Part shown: positions 57,201-63,635 of the stretch, in pieces
Numbering within the stretch: the stretch's first letter is position 1
Layout: each line of letters begins with the position of its first letter
NCBI GenBank assembly: GCA_964249215.1
Contig: CAXUBE010000001.1
Coordinates: forward strand, 5,292 to 69,291
Origin: an uncultured Rhodopseudomonas sp.
Lineage (GTDB): Bacteria; Pseudomonadota; Alphaproteobacteria; Rhizobiales; Xanthobacteraceae
Direction of reading: 5' to 3'
DNA length: 64,000 nt
Made by a program: the position numbers and the translations under genes
The notes under the pieces: generated by a model
What the model was told of the DNA's origin: nothing
What the model saw: only the letters and a program-made list of their open reading frames with translations
Databases searched by the model: none

Positions 57201-60200
57201 ACTGGTTGCCCTGATCGATGCGCAACCTGCCTCGCTCCGTCCGCGCGCGCTCTACACCGGCGCCGCCGTCGCAACGCCGTCGGCGATGAGCCTGCAGGCG
57301 CTGGCCGATCTCTACAACGTCACGCCGTCGCAACTGGCGCTCGCCAATCCCGGACAACTCCGTTTCACCGCCGCGTCCGGCAACATCAGCTTTCAGGGCC
57401 GCGGCCTGACCGTCACGATCCACGACACGCTCAATGCGCTGTCGGCTGCGTTCAACCGGATCTACGGAATCGACGCGCCGGTCGAAGCGCTCGCTGCGGC
57501 CAATGCCATGACGTTGCTGGTCGCCGCCGGCCAGCCTCTGCTGTTGCCGGTCTGTGCTGCGGTGGCGAGCGCCGAACTCGATCCCGTCAACGTCGGCTAC
57601 CCCGATTCGATCTTCAAGATCGAAGTGGCGATGACACTCGCGCGCACGCAAACCGAATGCATCAATCCGAATTTCCGCGACGCCGCGGCCGCCAATGTCG
57701 CGAAGGCGACAAGCGCCATTCCGCCTGCCGCGCAGGCCCAGAGCCGGCAAACCCTGTCGCTGATCGGTTTCGCCAGACAGTTCGAGGAAGCGCTGCCCCA
57801 TGTGAAAATCGCCACGGGCCGTCGCGGCAGCGGTGCCGACCCGTCAGGGCAGACCAGCCCGCGCGACCTCTGGGCAGTGGTGTTCGGCCCGAAAGGCTTC
57901 AGCTCCGTTGCGCTCGACGGCACGAACGCAGATTTCTACGGCGTGCGACCGCTTTGGCGAAAGCTGATCACGCGCAACCACGTGATGTTCAAGGAATTCC
58001 ATGACGGCTGGGACGCCGAGGCGACGGCTCACAGTTTCCAGAGCGTCGACATCGAGAGCTGGGCGCTGGGTTTCCTCAGTGTCATGGACCTGATGCTGTC
58101 GCCGGGCTACGCGGTGCCACTCTATGCGCTCGACTTCGACGCGAGTGCCGGTGTCTATGCGAAGATCGTCGGCGCGAAACAGGCGCTGGTTGCAGCGATC
58201 GGAGCGGGCGTCGCTTCGATCCTCGCTCAATCGCCCGGCACCGATCAGGCTGCGGCCCGCACCAAGCTGCAGGATCGGCTCAAGATGACGTTGGCCGACA
58301 ATTATCGGACCACCGCAATCGTCCAGTTCCCCGTGACCGTGACGGGCACCACGGCCCATGGTCCGGCAAGGCTCGTCGGCAAGCCGCTGTCGTTACGCCC
58401 GGTTACATCGGCGACCACGCGCGGGCTCGACAGCCTTGCCGCAAGTTTCGGCGTCTGGAACGTGTATCTCGCCGAAATCGTCGCCGAGATGCCGAAAGTT
58501 CTCAATCAGCAACTGACGATCACCATCGGCGCCTCGCAATACGCGATCGTGCCCGACAGCACGATCGCGGCGATCGCCGCGTTCTTCGGCTATCCGACCA
58601 TTCAAGCCTTCGTCGCGGCGTTGCCGCAGGCCGACAATGATGTGCTGTTCGCAAAAGATATCGAACTCAATCTGCAGGGATTGAGGCGGGCCGTCAGCGA
58701 TACACCCGGCACGTTCGAGGAGCTTGCGCAGTATTTCGATATCTCGGTCGGTCAGGTGGCGCGGGCCAATGCGAATGTCAGCGGAGTGTTTGTGCAGAAC
58801 GCAATGCTGGCCTATCCCGGCAAGCCGGATGTGACGATCACGATCGCCGCGCCCGCCACGACAACGCTGCTCGGCGCGACGCAGATGTTCACCGGGCAGG
58901 CGGCGCCCAGCGTGCAGGCCCTGGCGCAAGCCAATCGAAATGCGCCGGTGATCGCCCCGACGCTCACTGCGAAGGTCGTGGAGATGCTTCCGGAGCATTC
59001 GCTCAGCACCGGCAAGCTCGATCTTTCCAAGGCGTCCTCGACCGTGGACATCCTGTTCAATATCGCAAGTCAGGAACAGCACAAGAAGGTGTTTCTCGAT
59101 CTCGCCTATGAGATCAGCGAGGTCGAATACGACATTCAGGTGGTGCCGAACACCGGCGGCTATGAACGCTCCGAATGGTTGTCGCTGATCATTCCCATCA
59201 ATCGGCAAAACGGCGCGCCGCAGGGTGTCTCGATCAGTCCCGGCATCCAGGAGATACCGGTGCCGCTGCGGTTCTATCCATCCAATCCCACGCTGCTTGG
59301 GCAGGGCGGCGGTGCAACCGAGGCCGCAGCCACCACGCTTGGCGATGCTAGATTGTGGACCTATTCCAGCGGCTATCGCCTGCAAATGGCCGAGCAGGAC
59401 AAGGCGACTTTTATCGTGACGTCGAATGCGGCGGCCGGATATCAAATGTCGCGCGCGGCCGACGATCCGGCGTCCGTGATGCCGCTGTTCGAGGCGCTTG
59501 CGCAATTCATCACCGTCTATCCACAAATCCGTCCCGCGCTGTCGTCGCTGCTCAGCGACACAGGCAATGCAGCCGCCCAGCTCGCCGCCGCCAGTGCGTT
59601 TGCCGACATGGCTGCCGCCGTGGCAGGCGCCTGGGCGCGCCGCTGGGCGCCGATCCAGATCCGGTTGGCCGCGTCTACAAGCGATATACCTTTCCCGCCG
59701 GTGCCGGTGGCTTTCGACGTCACCTTCACCGCGCAGTGGTCGCTCGATCCCCCTGCCATCGACACCGTGGTGTTGACGCTGGCATCGGATGCCCCGACCG
59801 GCGTGGTGCCATTCCCGGATCTCACCGCCATCTGGCGCGATACAGTGCTCCGCCCGATCAAGCAGAGCGTCGGCGCTCGTTCTTGCGTCTACCAGTTTCA
59901 GCCGTCGGCGGAGCATCCCACGCAGAACATTCCGGCCTTCGACGCCGTCGGCTACACGTGGAATTTCGCCGGCCTTAACGTGGTGCTGCAGCAAACCGCA
60001 ATATCGGCACTCGAAATCACCCGCAACGCGGTGCTTGTGTCGCAAGGACCGACGGCGGAGGCCTTTGTCTATACGACACCGATCGCCGGCTTCAATCAGC
60101 CGCTGCTCCCTTTTGTCCAGCAGGGCGGCCTCATCGACATCACAGGCCTGGGCGCAAATCCCGGCAGCGCGTTGTCAGGCGCCCTCGCAGTGTTGTTGGC

Positions 60201-60498
60201 TGGCGATCCCGCGACCGCGCGCGCGATGCGGCTGGCATTGCAATACGGATATGAACTCGCGCCCCCTTTGGGCGGCGGCCAGCCGATCATCAGCAACCTG
60301 CCGATTGCCTTCTTGCCGCAATTCGCCGCGGACCAGGCCGGGGATGTCCAGTCCGTGATCGACTACTGGTTTGGACGCACCACCGTGTCGCAAACGAACG
60401 GCCGCATTTTGTTCGATCTCACCATCTATTCCGGCATGCCGGAGCACCCCGATCGACCGGTGCTTGCGGTCCAGCGGCTCGAATACCGCCTGAATTGA
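48280..60498 (+). CDS. Giant-operon gene 5: 4,072-aa protein with a beta-rich N-terminal ~1,240 aa and at least 14 degenerate LysM-like modules in three clusters
   Basis: Uninterrupted 12.2-kb ORF with coding-like third-position GC and composition. LysM-like modules include YTSRVGDTVASIAALY, YTSYAGDTLDTIADAL, YTFAPGDSAASIVAAH..FLEQNDGL.LTPGKIL, VVKNDTLASIAARHSEYSVDSLSSRN and TIHDTLNALSAAFNRIYGIDAPVEALAAANAM..AGQPLLLP. No signal peptide, RTX repeats or TM anchor seen. Confidence 0.8.
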   Translation: MDWQDLQPSVDGLISGGVLTLDQTHNLNSPSILALLTSTRLLAVVADVSSKGYQGTHYVVQGAIERANFPYTIGSAGNPLPVTLDFYVQDMLAQITATVTLPSNYTLAMSFPYILDQAVNLFPIGAASMTFASVGNDPPDAPSSILLPPPYKGMSIAGTMSGLAANPLTSSLLWFIPDRDVFPVSGPVIMREGVNYLGETEYRPTMYLIGALLEPLSLGPFRFGVSLMAQSTYARITGSDQSSFYSGAYYIGQLQAAITRQQGIDVLVQMQLLDGYQSLYSFELSKPIPLTSLNQLQDIAALSPGESYSAMIPSEVPTGLRFELNELTFIVAPTLRTLASMTLGVKLTVQWEVIPGVFTLENMSLRFVVPNPAAELSGVVATAAAELHIFDGIFDVSMTFPSLRILGQIRQGTQITYAAVSTALFGKVLELPGIADPTLYELSVDIEPRQQTYRISAVVLDLLSVDLGFVTINLDEVDIAFTYSSLSQAGRFGARFELVTAGNDVEASDDPLTFGFSVSAAGMRTGGVTTWTVEGGIGADHVIPLGTLVARLLGFSVSQDISILDIEDVLVSMTIPSTGPTSFYFEGAARSRWTIGIFGGWSIEIAAAARLERIPAESISLLTLPAMRPLDTAGMQTSGEISGRLAINNFNLAVVYQFAPNSRVLIFQASYKQATLTAALSKGKDAKGQDTYLLKFNLAGVTLGDIITWMVNLARPGSDFSLSAPWDVLNGIDLSRFTLVVDLIQKTVTISYEVNADFLFIKLKSIGLTYYRNQGKGSVKIAVEGSFIDVSYGDGNPPLEWDLLDDPPPAVPGETGLFKLRYLGLGQHISLDSYAQIDTVEQAIEGLRAAMRPPEAADENPLLQSGTVALNFDANSHWLFGADFTALGALQLSMVFNDPYIYGALIRLMGEKAGALAGLRFELLYKKVTDDIGVFKADFIMPDAFRQLEFGEVSITLGRVHVDIYTNGNFFVDLGFPHNRDFSNSFGLQVFPFAGWGGFYLGALTGATSIKVPRIDNGRFDPVIEIGLGLSVGVGKTIEKGPLSAGMTLTFEAIVEGVFADFAPTDRSAASGFFYRVEGTAALVGRVFGKVDFFVIRVDFSAEASARVTLVIEAHQPIYVQIELHIDVRASIKILFVRIHFSFSLTLDLAFTIGHATSTPWQIADDQTARLDLLAARSGPHWPFPAMRPHYKRLVRSTRLLRHVASGNGPSAYGLLGRKEIRHSSLPPLYLQKAAAGTLTWTPANVFPAGKIETLRLLCTPGFTVADPGIGSSGTPGAYRLVLTMGAETSRHIQLRGNAGLGVPSVAHSLQATAVADAPFNLFIEAFLRWGLNIVKTGDQVSAVALDELAANLRLPATAGTGFSYANLIAFLKDNFLISIAGKPTGATPDEVPVAAFPMLPLLSFTADKGAPVAFDQPQYMLTADYRAALDTIFYQLSATGKPRRDLQDDAVAESFAQFIFRECCLMVTQAAVDACIGLLESFAYKLEATTTLKGIVDAFAPLHIAISARGGQKLAHIAALFGTDIERLQALNPPLVAKARLAADDTVVVPVELTVGAIIDDNRDHPLAARSFQVDAAPHQIRGDRSLNQIATDYGLETAVNLVTGQTATQRELLRPDASIICSVLQYTSRVGDTVASIAALYLARRAQLGDATARAALVPDIAQWFAQAVADLNPNQDFGSVVPANTALNVPKTYGSVATTTSYTSYAGDTLDTIADALSLLNLASPPAVLTAYQVAIVQANPSLPNPIPVATAVKIPAFTLTLPARVALDDLAAGLLQTLAKTIGLIADNAAALTPHTVIVLPPFTITTTATDTFAGLAQKYDLGYDALGNAAESVAGIFATAPTATVTLKDLPRVGVEQLISQLITGQGLANQISGQISRFLLHGVRVPSPTDAHPLTAPLVSILDLSGQQFPGPDPEQYGNGETYPIVVSLTDSADQSWISFTATETLQQGETLPALRARIADFDRHNPAAATHPERIRSGLIVGVADVTTLTIPITQADMIAGYPTRTFTPGVVTPLAPLPLYRLVPVRYGVQQYLGWQAGAPIVLPRSGTPIDALTGGPGIWMFPDTLLGAVSGQVGASAAYKLLQVPATDLSSSTTPVEAASYGWATLIPFGARQIARDADPDKVLPNTYGVGGAAAEDRPRLLALYQHLATMTAADLKKVRLSLLHRPRSDTTRPEGLASIPLDLASTYVLKANLTTETRSGAQRLRSLGLDDESLRDIHAAPISDPAAFTGLLWAASITNSGGFYLNYRGSKGEGLPPGIFGKDGGGGEIWLMVLLPDQTTGAPSQRGLYGFNNAAVTGGNLLPADWQLFMEMGTNAPTAKVASVDPGVIAFSTALNNPDLAQPSAARTASELFSLIAYGVAETAAFKASYQALPVGPEESAQKQLNVEMVERKRIDAPADAPYWLFHQGLRIAGQARILLAPNTSGLPPPAQDPYAGIGADAVANLNFQYRDIFGNQTLPADACQNIAFPVGYTDPVVGVGQWPGAVPSYVVAPGQPSNLIVSIGYQMLGALPGMTDPLDGVQLRTTKTIERLSLVYYQMMRPDLAVQLTTTLPVAPDMGETYTTIAKAAFADVVAAAYLFLNGTLQLRQAVADLSVAPTLAQVQGTYRVTAGQIAAINAAVPIDAIFAAAPTVPQFYTFAPGDSAASIVAAHASVPDAKTFLEQNDGLGLTPGKILSAPARTITSGVAGPSLAKLAAVNLCSVGGLGSANATASGCLAPKLTLTFETISLTANDDESLAQLASRFSDALLGLSVGTAPSAWKVTPADLASANAGVAPFFADNQIITIPDALVVKNDTLASIAARHSEYSVDSLSSRNTGVADVFPSGLATLLTATQIAPVQVTLGDFAAGHGLTGDQLVAANGTTLLKTTAPLGIPGMTNLPAVGGAVVAYYLAAGQTLAAAGSVFAQTAEAFATTNQALPNRFSGSPVFISGAHRVQANDADSFATLLIKAEAAGVASTIAELVALIDAQPASLRPRALYTGAAVATPSAMSLQALADLYNVTPSQLALANPGQLRFTAASGNISFQGRGLTVTIHDTLNALSAAFNRIYGIDAPVEALAAANAMTLLVAAGQPLLLPVCAAVASAELDPVNVGYPDSIFKIEVAMTLARTQTECINPNFRDAAAANVAKATSAIPPAAQAQSRQTLSLIGFARQFEEALPHVKIATGRRGSGADPSGQTSPRDLWAVVFGPKGFSSVALDGTNADFYGVRPLWRKLITRNHVMFKEFHDGWDAEATAHSFQSVDIESWALGFLSVMDLMLSPGYAVPLYALDFDASAGVYAKIVGAKQALVAAIGAGVASILAQSPGTDQAAARTKLQDRLKMTLADNYRTTAIVQFPVTVTGTTAHGPARLVGKPLSLRPVTSATTRGLDSLAASFGVWNVYLAEIVAEMPKVLNQQLTITIGASQYAIVPDSTIAAIAAFFGYPTIQAFVAALPQADNDVLFAKDIELNLQGLRRAVSDTPGTFEELAQYFDISVGQVARANANVSGVFVQNAMLAYPGKPDVTITIAAPATTTLLGATQMFTGQAAPSVQALAQANRNAPVIAPTLTAKVVEMLPEHSLSTGKLDLSKASSTVDILFNIASQEQHKKVFLDLAYEISEVEYDIQVVPNTGGYERSEWLSLIIPINRQNGAPQGVSISPGIQEIPVPLRFYPSNPTLLGQGGGATEAAATTLGDARLWTYSSGYRLQMAEQDKATFIVTSNAAAGYQMSRAADDPASVMPLFEALAQFITVYPQIRPALSSLLSDTGNAAAQLAAASAFADMAAAVAGAWARRWAPIQIRLAASTSDIPFPPVPVAFDVTFTAQWSLDPPAIDTVVLTLASDAPTGVVPFPDLTAIWRDTVLRPIKQSVGARSCVYQFQPSAEHPTQNIPAFDAVGYTWNFAGLNVVLQQTAISALEITRNAVLVSQGPTAEAFVYTTPIAGFNQPLLPFVQQGGLIDITGLGANPGSALSGALAVLLAGDPATARAMRLALQYGYELAPPLGGGQPIISNLPIAFLPQFAADQAGDVQSVIDYWFGRTTVSQTNGRILFDLTIYSGMPEHPDRPVLAVQRLEYRLN

Positions 60499-60871
60499 TG
60501 CAGGAGGCCGAGCCATGAATCCCGGCCCGCAAAACGCGGCAAAGCGAGGTCTATGCAGCCAGCATCGCCGCGAACGGCATTCTCCGCTATCTGGTTTGGC
60601 GATCGCCGGGTAAGCAAGCCGCGGCTGGGTAAGAAAGATTTCATAACAAGTTTGCTGGTGCCTAAAGCTTAAGCGAGTTTTGTTCAAGCGGGCCATTGGA
60701 ACGATATGATCTTTGCGGAAACCTCATTCTGCAGTCCTTTTAAGACAAAAAGCTGTGTAACTGCCCTAAATTTTAGCATGTGCGGTTGCAAATCAATCAC
60801 CGATAATCGAGCGTTCAAATTGCATTTATGCACGATAACGTGCACTTTTCCGGCATTTCATTTTGCGTTTA

Positions 60872-60898
60872 GCGGAGCGAACAATGCCTTCGCTCCGC
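60872..60898 (+). other. Perfect 10-bp stem hairpin 40 nt upstream of the ABC permease gene
   Basis: GCGGAGCGAA-CAATGCC-TTCGCTCCGC. There is no flanking T-run on either strand, so its function is unknown (regulatory or an RNA-stability element). Confidence 0.35.
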
Positions 60899-60938
60899 AC
60901 GGTCGTCGGCCAAAGCGCGAGTCGGCGGTAGGTACAGC

Positions 60939-61724
60939 ATGAGGCTTGCAATCAACGACCGCGGAATGTCGAAAATAAAGCGCGGCATCGAATTTGCTTT
61001 TGGACCTTTGCTTCTCATCCTAATCTGGTGGGTCGCCTTCAAGGCGCAGCTGGTAAACAAAGATTTGTTGCCGTCTCCGATCGATACTCTGCGAGATACT
61101 TCCGCGATCATTGCAGCCGGCAAGATGACAGGTGACTTCTCCAGAACCTTGATCCGCGTCGGGTATTCAATAGTCATCGCCGTCTTTGCCGGCGTACCTA
61201 TTGGCATCCTTTTAGGAGCGAACGCGGCGATCTATCGTTCGGTAGAATTCATCATCGATTTTTTTCGCTCGACGCCTGCTACGGCGCTTTTCCCGCTGTT
61301 CTTGCTGTTATTCGGGCTCGGCGATTTTGCAAAGATTGCGGTTGCCGCATTCGCTTCATGGCTAGTGATCATCTTCAACGTTGCTTACGGCGTCATGAAC
61401 GCGCGTCAAACCCGCATTCTTGCGGCCCACTCGATGGGCGCGTCATCGCTGCGAATCTTCAAGGATGTCATCTTCTACGAGACTTTGCCGCAGATCTTTA
61501 TTGGTTTGCGAACCGCCGCGTCGCTCGCACTCGTCGTTATCATCGTAGCCGAGATGTTCATCGGCGCGACGGACGGTCTCGGGCACCGCATTATCGACGC
61601 CCAGATATCTTATTCCCTAACTGATATGTACGGGTCGATCTTGGTCGCGGGCGGGATGGGTTACGGGCTCAATCTCGCGCTGCTTCTTGTCGAACGTTCG
61701 CTGGTTCACTGGTCGGGCAAATAG
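60939..61724 (+). CDS. ABC transporter permease (nitrate/sulfonate/taurine NitT/TauT type)
   Basis: 261 aa with 6 predicted TM segments and an EAA-like loop (NARQTRILAAHSMGASSLRIFKDVIFYETLPQIF), typical of the SsuC/TauC family. Confidence 0.85.
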   Translation: MRLAINDRGMSKIKRGIEFAFGPLLLILIWWVAFKAQLVNKDLLPSPIDTLRDTSAIIAAGKMTGDFSRTLIRVGYSIVIAVFAGVPIGILLGANAAIYRSVEFIIDFFRSTPATALFPLFLLLFGLGDFAKIAVAAFASWLVIIFNVAYGVMNARQTRILAAHSMGASSLRIFKDVIFYETLPQIFIGLRTAASLALVVIIVAEMFIGATDGLGHRIIDAQISYSLTDMYGSILVAGGMGYGLNLALLLVERSLVHWSGK

Positions 61725-61754
61725 TCCGTCGAATTCAAAACCTTGGAGGCCACC

Positions 61755-62747
61755 ATGATGATAACAGAGCGTCTGATCGTCGTTTCGTCCGCGCTGTTGC
61801 TTTGCACGGCGAGCGCCCAGGCGGCGTGTAGCAAGATGGAGAAGGTGAACGCTGTTTGGCTGCCGATCATGCAGACCACCGCGTACTACGTCGCAATTGA
61901 GGAAAAGCTATTTGAAAAAGCCTGTATCGAAATCGTCTCGACAAAAATGGAATCACCAAACCAGATTATCGACGCGCTCGTCGCCGAACGCGCGGACTTT
62001 GGGCCACCCGGAGCTGCCGCGGGAATTGCGATGATCGCAGAGTCTAAGTTCCCCGGAAAGATGAGGGTATTTGGCTTGCAGGGCGGCGGCATCGCCGTGA
62101 ACCGCATCAACGATGCGCTTATCGTAAAGCCGGACAGTCCCGTCAAAGGGTTTGCGGATCTGAAGGGAAAAAGCCTCGGCCATGTTCCGGGTATCCAGTG
62201 GCGAACCATCGCTCGCCACATGGTCCGCGCATCGAAACTCAATCCCGACACCGATGTCCAACTCGTGGAACTCGCTGTTGGTCTGCAGGTGCCGGCCGTG
62301 ATCGGAGGGACCGTCGATGCAACTTTGTCGCTTGAACCGGTCGGATCGGTCGCGGTGGCCTCCGGCAAGGCAGTCAGGGCCGTCACAAATCCGGGAGCGC
62401 AGCTGATCGCAGATCCGTTCTACTCGGGAGCGGCGATCATGACCACAAAATTCCTGAAGGAACGGCCTGACACCGCGCGCAAAATCGTCGCCGTGATCGA
62501 TGAAGCGACCGATATGGTCAATGCCGGCTTCGACAAATACAAGGCTGTCCTGTCGAAATATACGCCGATCAAGGACGACCAGCTGCAGGATATTGCGCAG
62601 CCCTATCTTCGCGGGTTCAAGGACCTCAACGAGACCGATCTCAAATCGTATCAGGCGTTGGTGGATATCTTCGTCAAGGAAGGTGTGATTTCCAACCCAA
62701 TGAATGTTCACGACAAGATCCTGACAAAATCCGAACTCGGAAACTAA
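61755..62747 (+). CDS. ABC transporter substrate-binding protein (NMT1/THI5-like, SsuA/TauA type)
   Basis: GGAGG lies 5 nt before ATG 61755. Sec signal MMITERLIVVSSALLLCTASAQA. The mature part resembles NitT/TauT-family binding proteins. Confidence 0.85.
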   Translation: MMITERLIVVSSALLLCTASAQAACSKMEKVNAVWLPIMQTTAYYVAIEEKLFEKACIEIVSTKMESPNQIIDALVAERADFGPPGAAAGIAMIAESKFPGKMRVFGLQGGGIAVNRINDALIVKPDSPVKGFADLKGKSLGHVPGIQWRTIARHMVRASKLNPDTDVQLVELAVGLQVPAVIGGTVDATLSLEPVGSVAVASGKAVRAVTNPGAQLIADPFYSGAAIMTTKFLKERPDTARKIVAVIDEATDMVNAGFDKYKAVLSKYTPIKDDQLQDIAQPYLRGFKDLNETDLKSYQALVDIFVKEGVISNPMNVHDKILTKSELGN

Positions 62748-63599
62748 GTGCCGGACATGACGAGCAACGCGTCGCCAATACTTATTGCGAAGCGATCGTT
62801 GGACGCCGGTCGCTCGGCCTCGGTGCCTGCGGACGCGATGCGACAGCCCTATCTAACCGTGCGCGGCCTATCCAAGACATTCCAGGGCACGACGATCTAT
62901 GATTCATTTTCGATCGATCTGCCCATGGGTAAGTTTATCTCGATCTTCGGCCCCAATGGCTGCGGAAAGAGCACGCTGATCAATATGATCTCCGGACTCG
63001 TTCCGATGAACGCCGGTGAAGTTCTATACGATGGCCAGTCGATCCAGGATACGAAGACCTCATACGTGTTCCAGAACTACCGTGAAGCCTTGTTTCCATG
63101 GCTTCGAGCGATCGACAATATTCACTATCCTCTTAAGGTCATGGGAATCGAGCGTGCGGAGCGACAGCGCCGCGTCGACAAACTTCTAGCCGACTTCGAT
63201 GTGCCGTTCGATCTCAATGGCTACCCATATGCCCTCTCGGGTGGTCAGCAGCAGACAATTTCGATTCTGAGGGCTTTGATCACCGAGCCGGAGGTGCTGT
63301 TTCTGGACGAGCCGTTCTCGGCACTCGACTATGAAATGACATTGTTCATGCGCGAGCGACTGCAGCACATCTTCATGAAGATGAAGACGACCATGATACT
63401 TGTGTCGCATGACCTCGAAGAAGCAATACAGCTTGCGGACCAGGTCATCCTGTTGACGCGCCGCCCGACCCGGGTCGCAGAGGTCGTTGACGTCAAGCTG
63501 CCGTGGCCGCGCGATCTGGATGTCACAACCGGTGAAGCGTTCATCGGCCTGAAGCGTCATTGCCTTGATCGGTTCTGGCGCGAAGTCAAACGCGACTAA
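62748..63599 (+). CDS. ABC transporter ATP-binding protein (NitT/TauT type)
   Basis: Walker A GPNGCGKSTLIN, Q-loop YVFQNY, signature LSGGQQQTISILRAL, Walker B LFLDEPFSALD, H-loop VSHDLEEA. The start is GTG 62748 or ATG 62757. Confidence 0.88.
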   Translation: MPDMTSNASPILIAKRSLDAGRSASVPADAMRQPYLTVRGLSKTFQGTTIYDSFSIDLPMGKFISIFGPNGCGKSTLINMISGLVPMNAGEVLYDGQSIQDTKTSYVFQNYREALFPWLRAIDNIHYPLKVMGIERAERQRRVDKLLADFDVPFDLNGYPYALSGGQQQTISILRALITEPEVLFLDEPFSALDYEMTLFMRERLQHIFMKMKTTMILVSHDLEEAIQLADQVILLTRRPTRVAEVVDVKLPWPRDLDVTTGEAFIGLKRHCLDRFWREVKRD

Positions 63600-63635
63600 T
63601 CCTTGAAAACCAATCGAGATACCACGGAGATAGAC

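Noticed and set aside
50482-60045. Several long minus-strand ORFs inside gene 5 (50482-51948, 52051-52830, 53458-54396, 54835-56304, 56908-57801, 58393-60045)
   Set aside because: All are antisense to the uninterrupted 12.2-kb ORF and have Arg/Asp/Gly/His-rich low-information translations. They are mutually discontinuous, which is what chance open frames in GC-rich DNA look like.
36118-60498. RTX/T1SS adhesin, T5SS, T6SS (PAAR/VgrG/RHS) or Tc-toxin BC-type assignment for the giant proteins
   Set aside because: There are no tandem GGxGxD nonapeptides, no autotransporter or TPS beta-barrel or TPS domain, no PAAR or YD/RHS repeats, and no accompanying ABC/MFP/OMP or usher genes. A TcA-like relationship cannot be excluded but I see no supporting motif.
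35784-60938. Giant operon as a classical genomic island, prophage or integrative element
   Set aside because: I found no integrase, transposase, tRNA gene, flanking direct repeats, or capsid, terminase, portal or tail genes in or beside the block. The composition of genes 2-5 looks native. Only the AT-rich borders and the lower-GC downstream cassette hint at plasticity.
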